Source of the DNA: Eledone cirrhosa
Taxonomy: Eukaryota
Direction of reading: 5' to 3'
DNA length: 64,000 nt
Assembly (NCBI GenBank): GCA_964016885.1
Contig: OZ024740.1
Span: 173,414,001 to 173,478,000 of the forward strand
This document shows, in pieces, positions 30,893 to 43,590 of the stretch. The notes under the pieces are model-generated. The model was not told the DNA's origin and did not search any database. It saw nothing but the letters and a program-made list of their open reading frames with translations. The translations under genes and the position numbers were made by a program. How positions within the stretch are numbered: position 1 is the stretch's first letter; every line of letters starts with the position of its first letter.

Positions 30893-33734
30893 TTACAAAG
30901 AAAAAAAGAAAGAAGAAAATGACTCACCACTTCATAGAGTACCTGATATTATGTTGAGAAACACCAAAGAAAACTACCTTTAACCTCCTCATTTGTGTGT
31001 CTCTTATTCAAGAATTGAAATTGACACAATTTTATAAGACAAATATAAAGAAATATAGTTGTAAGAATTTAATCAATTAATGCTCTAAACATGTAAATAA
31101 GTTTTGAGAACATGTAAATAAGGTTAAGAGAAAGACAAAATAGGCAGGCAGAGTGCTATAGTTTATCAAAAGAAAAATACATTAAAAATTACCTTGATTC
31201 AGATTTTGATAAATTGAAAAATAGAGATCATAATAAACTAAGAGAAATGAGACTCATGAATTAATTTCTCCTCATACTGAAAAGTAGAAAATCAAAATGG
31301 AAGATATAATAAAATCAATATATAGTGTCTACTGTAGTCCATCTTGTGTTAGTTGCTTTATCAAGAGCCAAGTAATTATCCATCTTAAAGGGATATGTTT
31401 TATAATCTCTTGTCACTGCTCCTACAGGATACACATTTTCAATTGTCTGCTCCAGCTTCTATAACTACAGCTTATCCCACATATACTTGTATATAAGCAG
31501 TGACATATGTGACAAAAAAAAAAAAAAAAAAAAAAATCAATGGTAAAATGAGAGCTGGCTTATATTTGAAGTCAATATTTTGCCGACTGTCACCAAATTC
31601 AAATTCTACATAAATAAGGTATTAAAATATTTAGTGATTATTATACAATGAAACATTATTTTTCTACCTTTACTACATCATTATTAGTGTTATTTATGGA
31701 TTCCCTTGAAAATATTTCCAACAAATTTTTATAATTTGAACTTTTCAATACATATCCCATACACATATGCACACACACACACATGAACAAACACATACAT
31801 GTTTTTCTCTGACTTAATACAATAATTATTCAATTTTACATTTGACTTGTATTTTATTGTTCTCTCTCCCTTCGTGCTCTCACCCTGCCTCTCCTCTCTC
31901 TAGGTTGCAGTCTCTTTCTCCCTCTTCTATTTTATGAATCCATATACAAAGCTCTCTTAGTCAATGTCTTGCTTTCAAAGTACTCCGAGCATGTGAGTGA
32001 TCAGCAGTAAATAAAAATTCGAGGCACTTGTGGAAATTTTATAAAACAGATGAAATGGTAAAAAATCATTACATAATGGAGTTGTGAAACAAAAACTATA
32101 CTCTAAATAAAATATTAAAACTTCATGAATATATTTAATACTCATGAGAATTTCCATCTAAACATAATGTGTTGATGAGCTGCCTCAGCTTTTAAATGAG
32201 GTTTGAATTTTTGCCCATAGTGTGTGTGTGTGGGGGGGGGGGGGGGTCAGCTATAATTCGGATCACCCTATATTCAAGTATATATATAGTAGGTATTTTG
32301 TCACAAAGAAATAAACATATGAAATAAAAACTAAAGGAATAAATTACTCTATTTTTCTTTACATAAGGTAAATTTAGCTTATTTCTAATATAAAACGTGA
32401 AAATAATTTGTCTACAGCAAGACACTCCACTCTTATTTTGCTCGTCTTGCCATATCAAGACAGTTCAATACTGCAAAACCTTTTGGATTCTAATGATTGC
32501 TATTTTAAAGATAACTGACTGCTACATAAAAATATTGGAAATTTATTGGAAAAACAGATGACATTGTGAACCACGATACCACACACAAAATATCTGAAGA
32601 ATGCAAACTTTAAAAAATTACGGTGAATAAATAGATGATGAGTTTAAAGTAATGTACTAAACAATTGCAGTTTGTATTCTCAGTTACAGCTCAGCTGAAA
32701 AGCTTAGAGGAGATTACACTTGATCAATACAGTAATCAATGGAGGTAGACCAGTTTATTTATTTATATATATATAATTTAAAGAATGATGTGCCCATGCA
32801 TGGATATGCTATTTTATAGCATCTCCACACATGAGCATATCATTCTTTACATTAACTTTATATTCTCAATGCTTAGAGTCTGAGAGATCAGCTACATATC
32901 TTCTTTATATATATATATGAGAGAGCGAGAGAGAATTCAAATTAAAAGCAAAGCAAAATAATCAATACTGTACTTCTACGTTTCTAAGTACTGACATTAT
33001 TTTCTTTACTATATAATGCAGACGTGTCTGATAACACAGAACTATCAACACTCCTTCCAGTATACAAACACCTAACTGTACTAGTTGAAATTAGTGAGAA
33101 CCAGCCAATTATATCTCCCCAGGATTTCCTATATTTTCAGAATTTATATTGAAATGACCAGGTTCAAGAATGTCACAGAAACTCATTTTTAATTAGAAGG
33201 CATTTTGTTTTAATTGCAGTAATTTTCATCATTAAGTTAATTTACTGAAGATATATGTCAGGGTAACATGGTAATGAGAAGATAAAAAGCTATATTTCTA
33301 GCCCAAATGTTTCATCTTATTGCAGGAAGCTTCTTTAGTGTCCAAGTTGAGATACTTACATTTTTGGGAAATAGATATCAGTCTACCTAGAAAAGTTAGC
33401 TCAGAATATGAGGACTCCTAGAAATATGTTTAATACATTGTCTTCATTACATTCATTAAAACAATCATGCTAAAGAGAAAACAGAAAATTTAAATCTTAA
33501 ACTAACGATTTATTTTTCTTTTATTAAATAAATATGAAAAATATGAACTGTTTAACCCTTTTAATATCAAACCATCTGAAACTGCCCCTGGTTCTACGAT
33601 ATTAAGCTGTTTATTTTAAAATACTTATTGTAATCTTATGTAAGAACTTTTGCTAAGTACTCCAAACAACAAATATAACAACAGAAGAATTGCCTTCCCA
33701 TATGCAGGAACTGAGGCAAACATCTAGTATGAAC

Positions 33735-34166
33735 CACCTTCCCTCCCATACACCTCCCACTGTAATCACCCCACCCCTATATCTACTTCCCCAATTGCCC
33801 ATGCATCCCTCCACCCATGTCCCCAATTCACACCCTAAAGCAACTATCCTGGAGTCACAATAATAAGTGCCCAGTCCACACAAAGTGGTTGTGATGGTGA
33901 CACAACAAAAAGTACCAGGCCACACTGTACAGTGGTTGTGTAGGCATAATGACAAAATGTGCCCAGTCTACACTGTAAAGTGGTCATGTAAGTAACACGA
34001 CAAAAAGTACCCAGTACACACTGTAACTGTGGTTAGCATTAGGAAGGGTCAGTCATAGAAACCAAGTCAAAATCAGTTCTGTTTGAGCAACAGGCTGTCT
34101 CACAACAGGACAACTAGTCTAATCCATGCTAGCGTGAAAAATGGACGTTAAACAATGATGATGATG
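33735..34166 (+). mobile_element. Decayed RTE long 3' UTR with ~4 tandem ~47-bp units
   Basis: C-rich tract, repeat units, ttaggaaggg, then ccatgctagcgtgaaaaatggacgttaaacaatgatgatga. Confidence 0.75.
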
Positions 34167-35789
34167 AACAGGAGATAGATATCCTAACATTTTTTGGTAA
34201 CCAATGAAACTTTAAGGATTAATCATATTTCAATGTATTTACAAATAAATATCTTTGCTTATATATTGTCACATATGAAACTCAGTTATCACTGTGTAGA
34301 CACATATACAAACATAACTGTGTAGACACATATACACACAATGTAGAGATGACTGATTTTCACTTCTTTGTTTTAGTTATTTTACTTCAGATCTCTAATA
34401 TTCCTGAAAAATATGTCATTGACATGACTTATACTTCTTTATTCTCAAAATATATTATCCTTGATGCCTACCTGAAAAAGTAAACAGGAAACCACTCTAG
34501 TATATTCTCCCTTCCCCAAGTTCCTATTATTCTGGAATAATAGACTAGGTCCAAAAATAGGTTTTCAAAGAGAGTGAGTGGTATATCACAACATTGTAGT
34601 AATTCCCATTAAGAAAGATTTTCAGAAGAATCTTTCTTCTAAAGAACATTTGTTTGTTTTCTCTCACGTGTGTAGAAGAATTTAATATATTACTTTTTAA
34701 AAATTCATTTCAATAGGTATATCTGGAATATTTAGCAACCTGCAGCCAACCACACACCATCACTCACTTAAGTATTAGATTTAACATTCTTCACAACAAC
34801 TGAACTCATTGAACTTTTCCATATCCGGAACAGTCCAGTTCCTATATACATAAATATCTTAGATTGCATCTGTTTCTTTTCTTTGCTTCTACTACTACTA
34901 TTAATACTACTACTACTGCTGCTGTTACTATAATGCTGTTTGTTCCTCTGAAATAGCAGGCATTTTGTACTGTGCTCAGATGAATAACTGTTAAATCACT
35001 CTGTTAAATCACCACTTTGAACATATGAGTCAAATTTATTTTTTTTTTAAACACGTTTTTGATACCAAAACACCTGAAACTACCTTTGATTCTACAATAC
35101 AAATCTGTTTCTTTTATAGTGTTTATATTTATCTAAAAACCATACATCATGATTTTATGTAAGAACCTTAAGTTCTTGTTCAAACACCAGTTTGATAATG
35201 AATGTTAGTTATTTTATTAAACCTTTCTATAGTCTTTATTATTTTCAAAATTAATTGAAAATCATGAGTGATATCTTTCATTAAAAATATGGTAATGGAG
35301 GGTTAATTTTAAAAAAACACTCCTACAATAGTTAAAGAAATTAAACTTAATGTCTTTGTTGGGTTATAAACTGTTTGTACAATTAAGAAAAGGGCAGTCA
35401 ACAGCAATTTAGCATGTTAGATATATATGTACTTTCTTTCATATGCATCTGTAAGCATATGTTAGCACACACATATGATTGAGAGTATGTAGAGATGCAC
35501 ATCATTATGTAAAATATTTATATGCATGAGTTTATACATATATATAGATCTAGGGTTGGGGGTGTTAGGAAATGGGTGGTGTGATTACAATGTGGGAGGT
35601 GTATGGGAGGGTTTTGGTGCATACTAGATGTATACCTCAGCCTCTGCATATGGGAAAGCAGGCACCTTTTTATATAGCTGCCATCCGGCATATGTATCAT
35701 GTGTCCATACAAATACAATCTCCTCTCCTACACACTGCATCTGATCCCTCTTATGCCTAATTTCTCTCTCAGTTCATTTATGCTTTGCT

Positions 35790-36380
35790 GTTCATGTATA
35801 TTCCTAACTCTAGTAGATAAACATGTTTCACCTGGCCACCTTTACATCAAACTATTCAATAGGCACAACCTTAATATCAGTTTTAACTCAATGGCTAACT
35901 TTAAATCAACAACCAGTAAGCCACCACTATCCAATCTAGTTGGATGCTCATGTAGGGTCAGAAATGCATGCCCTCTAGAGGGGGCATGGACGACAGAGGC
36001 CATTGTTTACGAGGTAACACTAAAATAGTCAAACTCAGACTGCACCACCAATCTCAAGCAGTATATCAGTCTTACAGAACAATAGTTTAAAGAGCGCTAC
36101 AACAACCATGTGGCAGTGTTCCGAGAACAGAGGAAAAAAGCATCCAGCCAAGCACTCCAGCCATGTATGGAAGCTGAAAGTAGGCTCTACAACATCGGCT
36201 GGAAGATAGCAGAAAAATGTAAACCCTACATCAATGGTTCTAAGAGGTGCAGCCTCTGTAATACCAAGTGATAGCTTATATGGGAAGATTTACTGGATCC
36301 AAACTCATGCCTCAACTTAAGGAACAAGATATGTAAGCCATACCCACATAGAACAAAATATATTCTTCGTTTTTTTGCTC
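35790..36380 (+). mobile_element. Penelope-like element, decayed GIY-YIG endonuclease region
   Basis: KLFNRHNLNISF..CSCRVRNACPLEG..AIVYEV..QYISLTEQ.FKERYNNH..HVWKLK..WKIAEKCKPYINGSKRCSLC..CLNLRN..PHRTKY. Confidence 0.85.
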
Positions 36381-37039
36381 ACCAAATCCTGATACCCATC
36401 AGACCTCACAGATAACATGATCCAAGACCACCAGGCAACCATAACTTTTCTGAAAACCAAATAACGAAACTTTCCAGATAAAAAAGACTACCAGAATATT
36501 TTACCCTTCCCGCACCAAATAACAAGACATGTGCTTGTGTGTGGGGTGTGTGTGCATGTGCATATGTGGGCTTGGGCACATGTGCACTAACATACACACA
36601 TGTGGAGGGAGTACGTGTGTGTGTATGCGCACACGGATGTATGTGTGGGTGCATGTGTATGTGTGTCTGTTCATATGAGGTTTGTCCCCAAAGTAAGCAT
36701 ACTGATGTTTTATTTAAATGTATATTTGACAAACATGAAACTACAAGTTATCTCCTTCAAAATATGACACTTGAGAATTCACAATGTTTCCAACTTTTTT
36801 TTTCCATTGATCTTAGCAGTACCAGAAGTCATTTTCTGTGAGTGTCCTTAGCTTGTTAGTTACAATTTTTTGTATGTTTTCCACAGTCATGAAATTATGA
36901 CACTTCAACTTTGATTTCAAATTAGGGAAATCACATGGGCTGTAAGGAAGTTATGAAAGAATAGAAATGTTTTTCTTTGCCAGAAATTCTCTAATTGAAA
37001 CTGCAGGCCTATTATCGTGGTACAGTACCCCATCTCCTG

Positions 37040-37088
<49 letters not shown>

Positions 37089-38132
37089 TGCAAGTGTAGA
37101 TACATACAAAGCGTCCAACTTATACTAAGTTTGGTTCTATGAAAGAGTTAATAAAATCAACAGATTCAGAGCCTAATAAAATCATAAGCAAACAAGATAG
37201 GAAAAAAATCTTTACTTACTCACTTTAATGTCCCTACTGCAGTTTCATTGAGAAAATTAACAATACTCCGAGTAGAGTATCGTGAGAAATCTCAAACCAT
37301 CAGGAGACTTTCTCAGTCCAGAAATAAAATTCAAGACAAGAATTCCCAGCCGTTCGCTGTCAGTGAAAATTTCAAATGAAAAAACTATCACGTGACAAGT
37401 GACCAACAGGAGGGCAGTAAATGTGAACAATGGCAGGCTACACACATGCACTCATACACACGGATGTGCAATTGCATGTGTCTGAGTCTATGTATGCATG
37501 CATGTGTATGTTCATGTACTAAATAATTCTGGCTGTAAGAAATTAATGAGAGAAAGGGATATAAAAGAATAAAAGAGAAAATGCAATGGATGGCAGTAGA
37601 AGGAATGATTTCTTGTATATCTCAAGTGTTAAAACATTGTCATTTTACAGAAAAACACTGAAATATAAAGATATTTTGGATAAAATAGATGAAGATACTG
37701 AAATGAATTGCTGTAGGTACCCAACACCACCAAAGATAATTTATAAACAATCTCAACAAGAAACCAATCAATTGTTAAGCAATAGAATTCAAAGAAATAA
37801 TGTCCTTATGCAATGCAGGGAATGTGAAACCTCAAAGAAATAGTTGCAAGATAGAAGAAAAGCAAAACAAAAAAAAATAGTAACATTAGATGAACATGAT
37901 AGCTTTTAAGCAAAAGGTTAATTAAAACAAAGTCCCAGAAGAATAGTAAGCTTTAGATTGGAAAGAATATAATTTTTTTCCTCAACAATAAAGAATATAA
38001 TAGATGGAAATAGGAGAAAAAAATCAAACACACACACACACTAAAAAAATTAATAAATAAGATAAAAAATTTCAAAAAAAAAAAAAAAAAAAAAAAAAAA
38101 AGAATTACCAGCCAAAATTTCAAGAAACTAAC

Positions 38133-38234
38133 CTGCCAAAGAAAAGCAACCTGTAGGATAGAGTTTGCTTGATATCATTCGAGTCATCCCATTTGGGTTT
38201 GAGGCTTTTTTCATAGAGTTCTCTGATGGGATAG
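38133..38234 (-). CDS. Candidate arfaptin N-terminal exon (102 nt, phase 1-1)
   Basis: ttttttctggttag|CT..GCAG|gttagt; open in the required phase: (A)IPSENSMKKASNPNGMTRMISSKLYPTGCFSLA; no recognisable homology. Confidence 0.4.
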
Positions 38235-39199
38235 CTAACCAGAAAAAAAGCACATACAATAACATTTCGCACCAGCTCTTGAAAACTACCCAAAGCACAT
38301 TCACCTATGTACCTCATACAAAGGAAATTGTTCAACTGTTATGGGATTGGATTTCTTAGTTAACAATTAACAAAATAAAAAATTTGTTAGTTACTTATAT
38401 GAAAATCTTATTTACAAATATCAAATCATCATTATATATCTAAATATCAAATGAATTGCGATTATTTTAACATCCATTGTTGCTTCACACTACTGTACAT
38501 TGGCTGAGTCATACAGAATCACTTGATGTCTCAATCCTTCATGTCATCTGTGATGCCCTATGTTCTCAGATCTGTTGTAAATACTTTCTTGAAGAAAACC
38601 CACCAAAAATAGAAAAAACCTTATTTATTTACATAAAATTATCCATTTCTGTAACAGGATGTTTATCAGAACCAAGTGGCATCATGTTACAAAATATTTC
38701 CTATAATGTCAAATAGGAAAATACTGAAAGTATTAAAAAGGCAAATTTCTAAAAGAGACACTAGGCTATTATTTGAAATTATAGGTTATGCACCCCTAAG
38801 AGAAAGGCAATCCTTGATGATTTTATTTACCAAGAAACAAAAAAAAAAGATTTTGAGCAGCTAGTTACAGCCAGTTTGAATACAAAGCGTTGAGAGAATT
38901 CTGGCCCAATACGGCTGGTTTAAATGTTAAAGGGTTAAAGCAAATGTGAATCCCAATTTTATTCCTTTCAAACATTTCATAAGCAACAAAGTAAATCAAA
39001 ATGTTTACAAAAACAGAAAGGTAAAACAAGTTCATTCCATTAGATATGCAATAAAGGAGTAGGTAGAACTTCCATACTGTTTACCCAATGTAAGATCTAG
39101 GTGCACAAAATGTGTAGTGGAATCACAGGTATACGAGCAGAAAAAAAGACTTTATATGTAGCAGATGCACAAGAGTAGTTGGTAGAGAGAGTACCCACA

Positions 39200-39670
39200 A
39201 AATATATTTTTCAATTGAAGTAGTGGATAACTTTTATTACTGGCAGAAGAGGCAGGTCTTCCAAAAGTATAATGGCCAGAGTAAGAAAAAGGTAGAAAAA
39301 TTTTAAGAACCTATCACCTTTGCTAACAGCAAAGGGATTCATTTTTGAATGAAAGGAAGATTGTATGATGCTTGTGTAGAAAGTGTGATGTTGCATAGTA
39401 ACAAAACATGGTCATTGAATTTAGGGGATGAGTGAAGGCTTGAGAAAAATGATGTGAGCATACTCCGGATGTGTAATGTTAGTGTGCATGGATGATGACA
39501 GCTGGGCAAAAACCACGCCAATATATTCAAGTGGAGGGTAACAGTGGGAGAAGAAACATGAGTAAAAGTGGTGAAAGCTGATCTCAGAGGTGATGCCAAA
39601 AAAACAAAATAAGCGGTAAGCTGTTGTGCTAGAGAATACCTCTAAAAACAGTTATAAAAACAATGATGAT
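39200..39670 (+). mobile_element. Decayed RTE LINE 3' fragment
   Basis: ARVRK..KNFKNLSPLLTAKG..MKGRLYDACV..MLH..TW; homologous to the intact RTE. Confidence 0.75.
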
Positions 39671-40704
39671 TACATGTAACAGTGAGGTGCTAATAATCTT
39701 CCACTATGTTTTTTTTATATTTCACATTTTCTGTACTATTTATAAACATAGCATTATCATTTTATAAAACAACATGCATGTCTACTTAATGATTTACACA
39801 GAATAAACAAACAAGCATCAATTTACAGTTAAGTCCTTAATGCAAAATAACTTTAAAATATGTCAACTAGTTAAAAATATCAAGTGCTTTATGGTAAAAA
39901 GATACTTTTAAAGGCTAGGAAAAAACAATTTGAAATTCTTACAATAAAATTTGTTCTCTAATTTTCCCCCATTCCAATAAACTGACCAAGACAGCTTCAA
40001 GAACTAAATTTTCTTGAGTAGTTTTTATATTTTGGACATTCATTTCAAATATAAAATTCAAGAGAAATAATGAAATTTTTATTGTGTTCTAAAAATATTT
40101 ATTCATTGATAAAATTAGTAAATACAAAAACCAATGCACAAGTCCATCTAAGGAAATCTTATGAATTCAATTAGAAAAGAATTCCTTGGAGTCATTTTAA
40201 GATATTAATCATATCTGAAAATTCTTTTAACTTGTCTTGACTGGATTTACAGAAAAAAAAATAAAGAAATACTGTCATGAGTGATTTAAAGAATTTGTAA
40301 GTAAATACAATGGTTTTTATCTATTAAAGATGAAAATGCAGAATAAAAAAATGATATGTGAATAAACACGCAAACGCATCAAAGAAAGATTAAGAAAGGT
40401 TTGGAGGAAAGAATGCAGTAACAGCTTTTAAAGATTGATTGATTCATTCACAATCGATTTCAGTAAAATATCCATACATGTGGATACAGATAAAAAATAG
40501 AGATATGAATTTAGATAAAGACAATAACAAATGTAATCATCAGCTTGAGATATGAGAAATTTTACTGTCTAAAAAAGAATAATCAAATTAATGTTGTAGC
40601 CTACTTGGACATGAAATCTACAAATATGTGCCATTTAGTTGATCAACTTTTAAACTAAAGGAATAACTTATATATATGTATATATATATATATATATATA
40701 TAAT

Positions 40705-41254
40705 AGAATCGAAACCGAATCGGTAAAGGTAACCATAGTAAGTAAAGTTAATTTTTTTTAATTTATTTTGAAACTTTTTCTTATTTGCTAAACCTTGATT
40801 ATATATGTTCTGGCTCATTAATTTATTAACCTGCCATTGAACCACATTGGCATATGGTTGGACAATACATGTGTCTCTTAACGCCTTGTGCGTGTAGGAA
40901 CACATATTCTATTATTACTATTCTCCTCTATGTTGAGAAAAAATTTGGTCATTCTGACTGCTGCTAGTTATAGCGGTAGCCGACTGACCTCCCTGCCTCT
41001 GCCTCTATCTTTACACTCGGCCCTTGAAAAAATTGATTCCACTTCATTTACTCTCATCTCGGGAACAATTTTGAATAGCGCCAGTTCGTAATTTGAATTC
41101 GAGAATTTATATTCTTCGAATGAAAAGATCCTTCTGACGAGATTCTTTCTTTGCAATGAAGGACGTATGGACTCCGTTTATTTTTGAGAATCGAAACCGA
41201 ATCGGTAAAGGTAACCATAGTAAGTAAAGTTAATTTTTTTTAATTTATTTTGAA
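40705..41254 (+). mobile_element. Retrozyme-like hammerhead element (482-bp unit + 68-bp exact repeat)
   Basis: 40705-40772 is identical to 41187-41254; the repeat starts inside the hammerhead; unit is noncoding and hairpin-rich; flanked by (TA)n and a SINE. Confidence 0.75.
41130..41211 (+). ncRNA. Type I hammerhead ribozyme
   Basis: cctt CTGACGA gattct-[40 nt]-agaatc GAAA ccg-aat-cgg TA aagg: all core nucleotides and stems I-III present; predicted cut after A41207 (GUA). Confidence 0.88.
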
Positions 41255-41593
41255 TGGCTTAGTGGTTAGAGCATTGGGCTTGCAATCGAAAGGTTGAGAG
41301 TTCAATTCTCAGACCGGGTGATGTGTTGTTTCCTTGAGCAAGACACTTTATTTCACATTGCTCCAGTTTACTCAGCTGTAGAAATGAGATGATAGGGACT
41401 GGGGTCCCTATCATTCCATTGCAGAGTGGTCGTGGAGGTGCCACGGGAAAAAAAAGCACCCAGCACTCACTGTAAATGAGGTTGGTGTTAGGAAAGGCAT
41501 CCAGCTGTAGAAATCAAGCCAGAATCAGTTCCCGTCCCACCCTTGCAAGCAGGGAAAAGCAGACGTAAAATGATGATGATTATGATGATGATG
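41255..41593 (+). mobile_element. SINE family A copy lacking its first ~9 nt
   Basis: Near-identical to 1409-1749. Confidence 0.9.
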
Positions 41594-41830
41594 ATATATA
41601 TAAGTTATTCCGGGTTCAATCAGGGTTAACCACAGTAAGGTACTCCAATTTGAACCTGTTTACAGTATTCTTTCTGCCTTTACTAATATAAATTATAGCT
41701 TTAAAGAATTAGCTTTTAATGAACTCCCTTTTCTTTAAATCCATCAACCAATGACCTCCACCCATCCCAATCCCCACTCTCTCCTACCACCAGAAAAGAT
41801 ATAAATACCACCACATTTACTTGGACAGTC

Positions 41831-41881
41831 AGCTTCCTGATGATTTCTCACGAATGAAATAGTTCTAGTCCTGTAGAAGCT
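41831..41881 (+). ncRNA. Type I hammerhead ribozyme (second, unrelated stems)
   Basis: agcttc CTGATGA tttc-tcac-gaat GAAA tag-ttctagtc-ctg TA gaagct; 6-bp stem I; the closing pair of stem II is a T-T mismatch. Confidence 0.72.
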
Positions 41882-43545
41882 TTTCTATATTAAAACATAT
41901 TATATATATATATGTATTAAACAACTTGCATATTTCTACAAGTACATAGTACCTGTTGAGGTATTCATTCACTTTTATATATATATATATATGTTTATAC
42001 ACAGACACTCAGAATTGGAGTTAGAAAAATGGTTTAAAATCCACAATAAGTAAAGTAAACAAGTGAAAGTAACTATTCTAGAATATAGTTTAACTTCCTT
42101 CAAATTCAAAATCCAGTATCATAATTCTCTTTGATTAGATCAGGAATTAGAAAACAAAAAGCTAATGTAAAGAAAGAAGTGGTTGAGACTGGTGTTAAAG
42201 AGATAGTCAATAAGGAACTGATAAATGATATTTTAAGAAAGGAATTTATGGAGACAAGTGTTTAAACGGGAAGTAAATCTGAAAGACATGAGAGGAGGGA
42301 TGATTACTACTTTGTTATATATTGTCATAAAGTACCCCAAATATTCACTGATGATACTAAACAAATGTCAGAGAGAGTGAGAAATTGTGCATATAAAAAT
42401 CAATGTGTGTGCACAAGCATGCATGCACAAGTAAAGCAAACAAATGAGCATTTGTGAATGTGAAAGAATAAAAGAGAGCGCGTGTGTGCATGGATGAACA
42501 AAATGGAGCATGTGTGCATGAGTAAACAAAATATGGAGCATGTGTGTTTGTGTGTGTGAAGTAAAACACTGGGAATATAGAAGCAGGTGCAAATATAAAT
42601 ATGTACGCAAGTGAAAGAAAGAGAGAGCACAAGTACGCAAGTAACTGAAAAAGAGTATGTATACGTGAATGTGTAGGAACAGGAGTGCAATGCAAAAGAG
42701 TGAATGACAAGGAGTACATATGTAAGTGAATGAAAGAGATGTGTGATTAAATGAAAATATTAAGTATACAGGAATGAACATGATAGTGTGTGGTATAATT
42801 GAGAATGTATGTGAATGATAAAGTGAAATTTGTGAATGTACACTTCAACCAATGATTCTAAACATGCAGTCAACTTAAAGAATGATTCACATCAGTCTCC
42901 AAGTATCTAATATGGAGACAACATCAATTGTAAAGAAGAAATGACAACAACGAGTTTACACAGAAAAAAAAGAAGATATACATAATGAACTTTGAGAAAA
43001 AGTGCACCAAAAAGAGAAAAGAGACAGGGCAAGCTTCAATAAAGTTGAAATACAACAACAACAAATGAAGGAAGAATTATGCCTTTCAAAATTTATCGAT
43101 CAGATTAAATATATCTATTCCATTATTTTTTATCTCTGATGTAGCAGTAGCATTTGTCCACATAACTAAGCTTATTATTTGTACTTAGCTTATTAACTTC
43201 AGAAAGACTTTCAGCAAAAACTAACTCTAATAGCAACCCAATGTATCAAAGTATGATTTCAAAAATATAAATCAATCAAATTTGCTAAAATCATTTTTTC
43301 TTTCAGATAAGAACTGCAGTAATAAGAAGTTGATTTCTAAAGACCAACATCATTACTTTAGTTATCAATTTTTAGTTAAATTATTAACATTTATTGCATA
43401 TATAATCTCTGAAGGCAGCTTCAGCATGGCCTTGGCCATAACAGCTAAAACAAACTAAAAACCTGAAAGTAAAGGCACTTCCTTATGGAATAAAAGTAAA
43501 GAAGTAGGATGTTGTGAGAGGGCTAATTTCACAGACCAAACTTAC

Positions 43546-43554
43546 CTTCCTGTT
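43546..43554 (-). CDS. Candidate 9-nt arfaptin microexon
   Basis: ttttttgttttatcccttctgcattcag|AACAGGAAG|gtaagt; strong splice sites, frame-preserving, no stop in phase 1. Confidence 0.5.
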
Positions 43555-43590
43555 CTGAATGCAGAAGGGATAAAACAAAAAAGTCAGCAA

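Noticed and set aside
37215-37420. Possible alternative first exon (CACGTG, minus-strand donor gtgagtaagt)
   Set aside because: No in-frame ATG and nothing beyond motif-level support; cannot be called without RNA data
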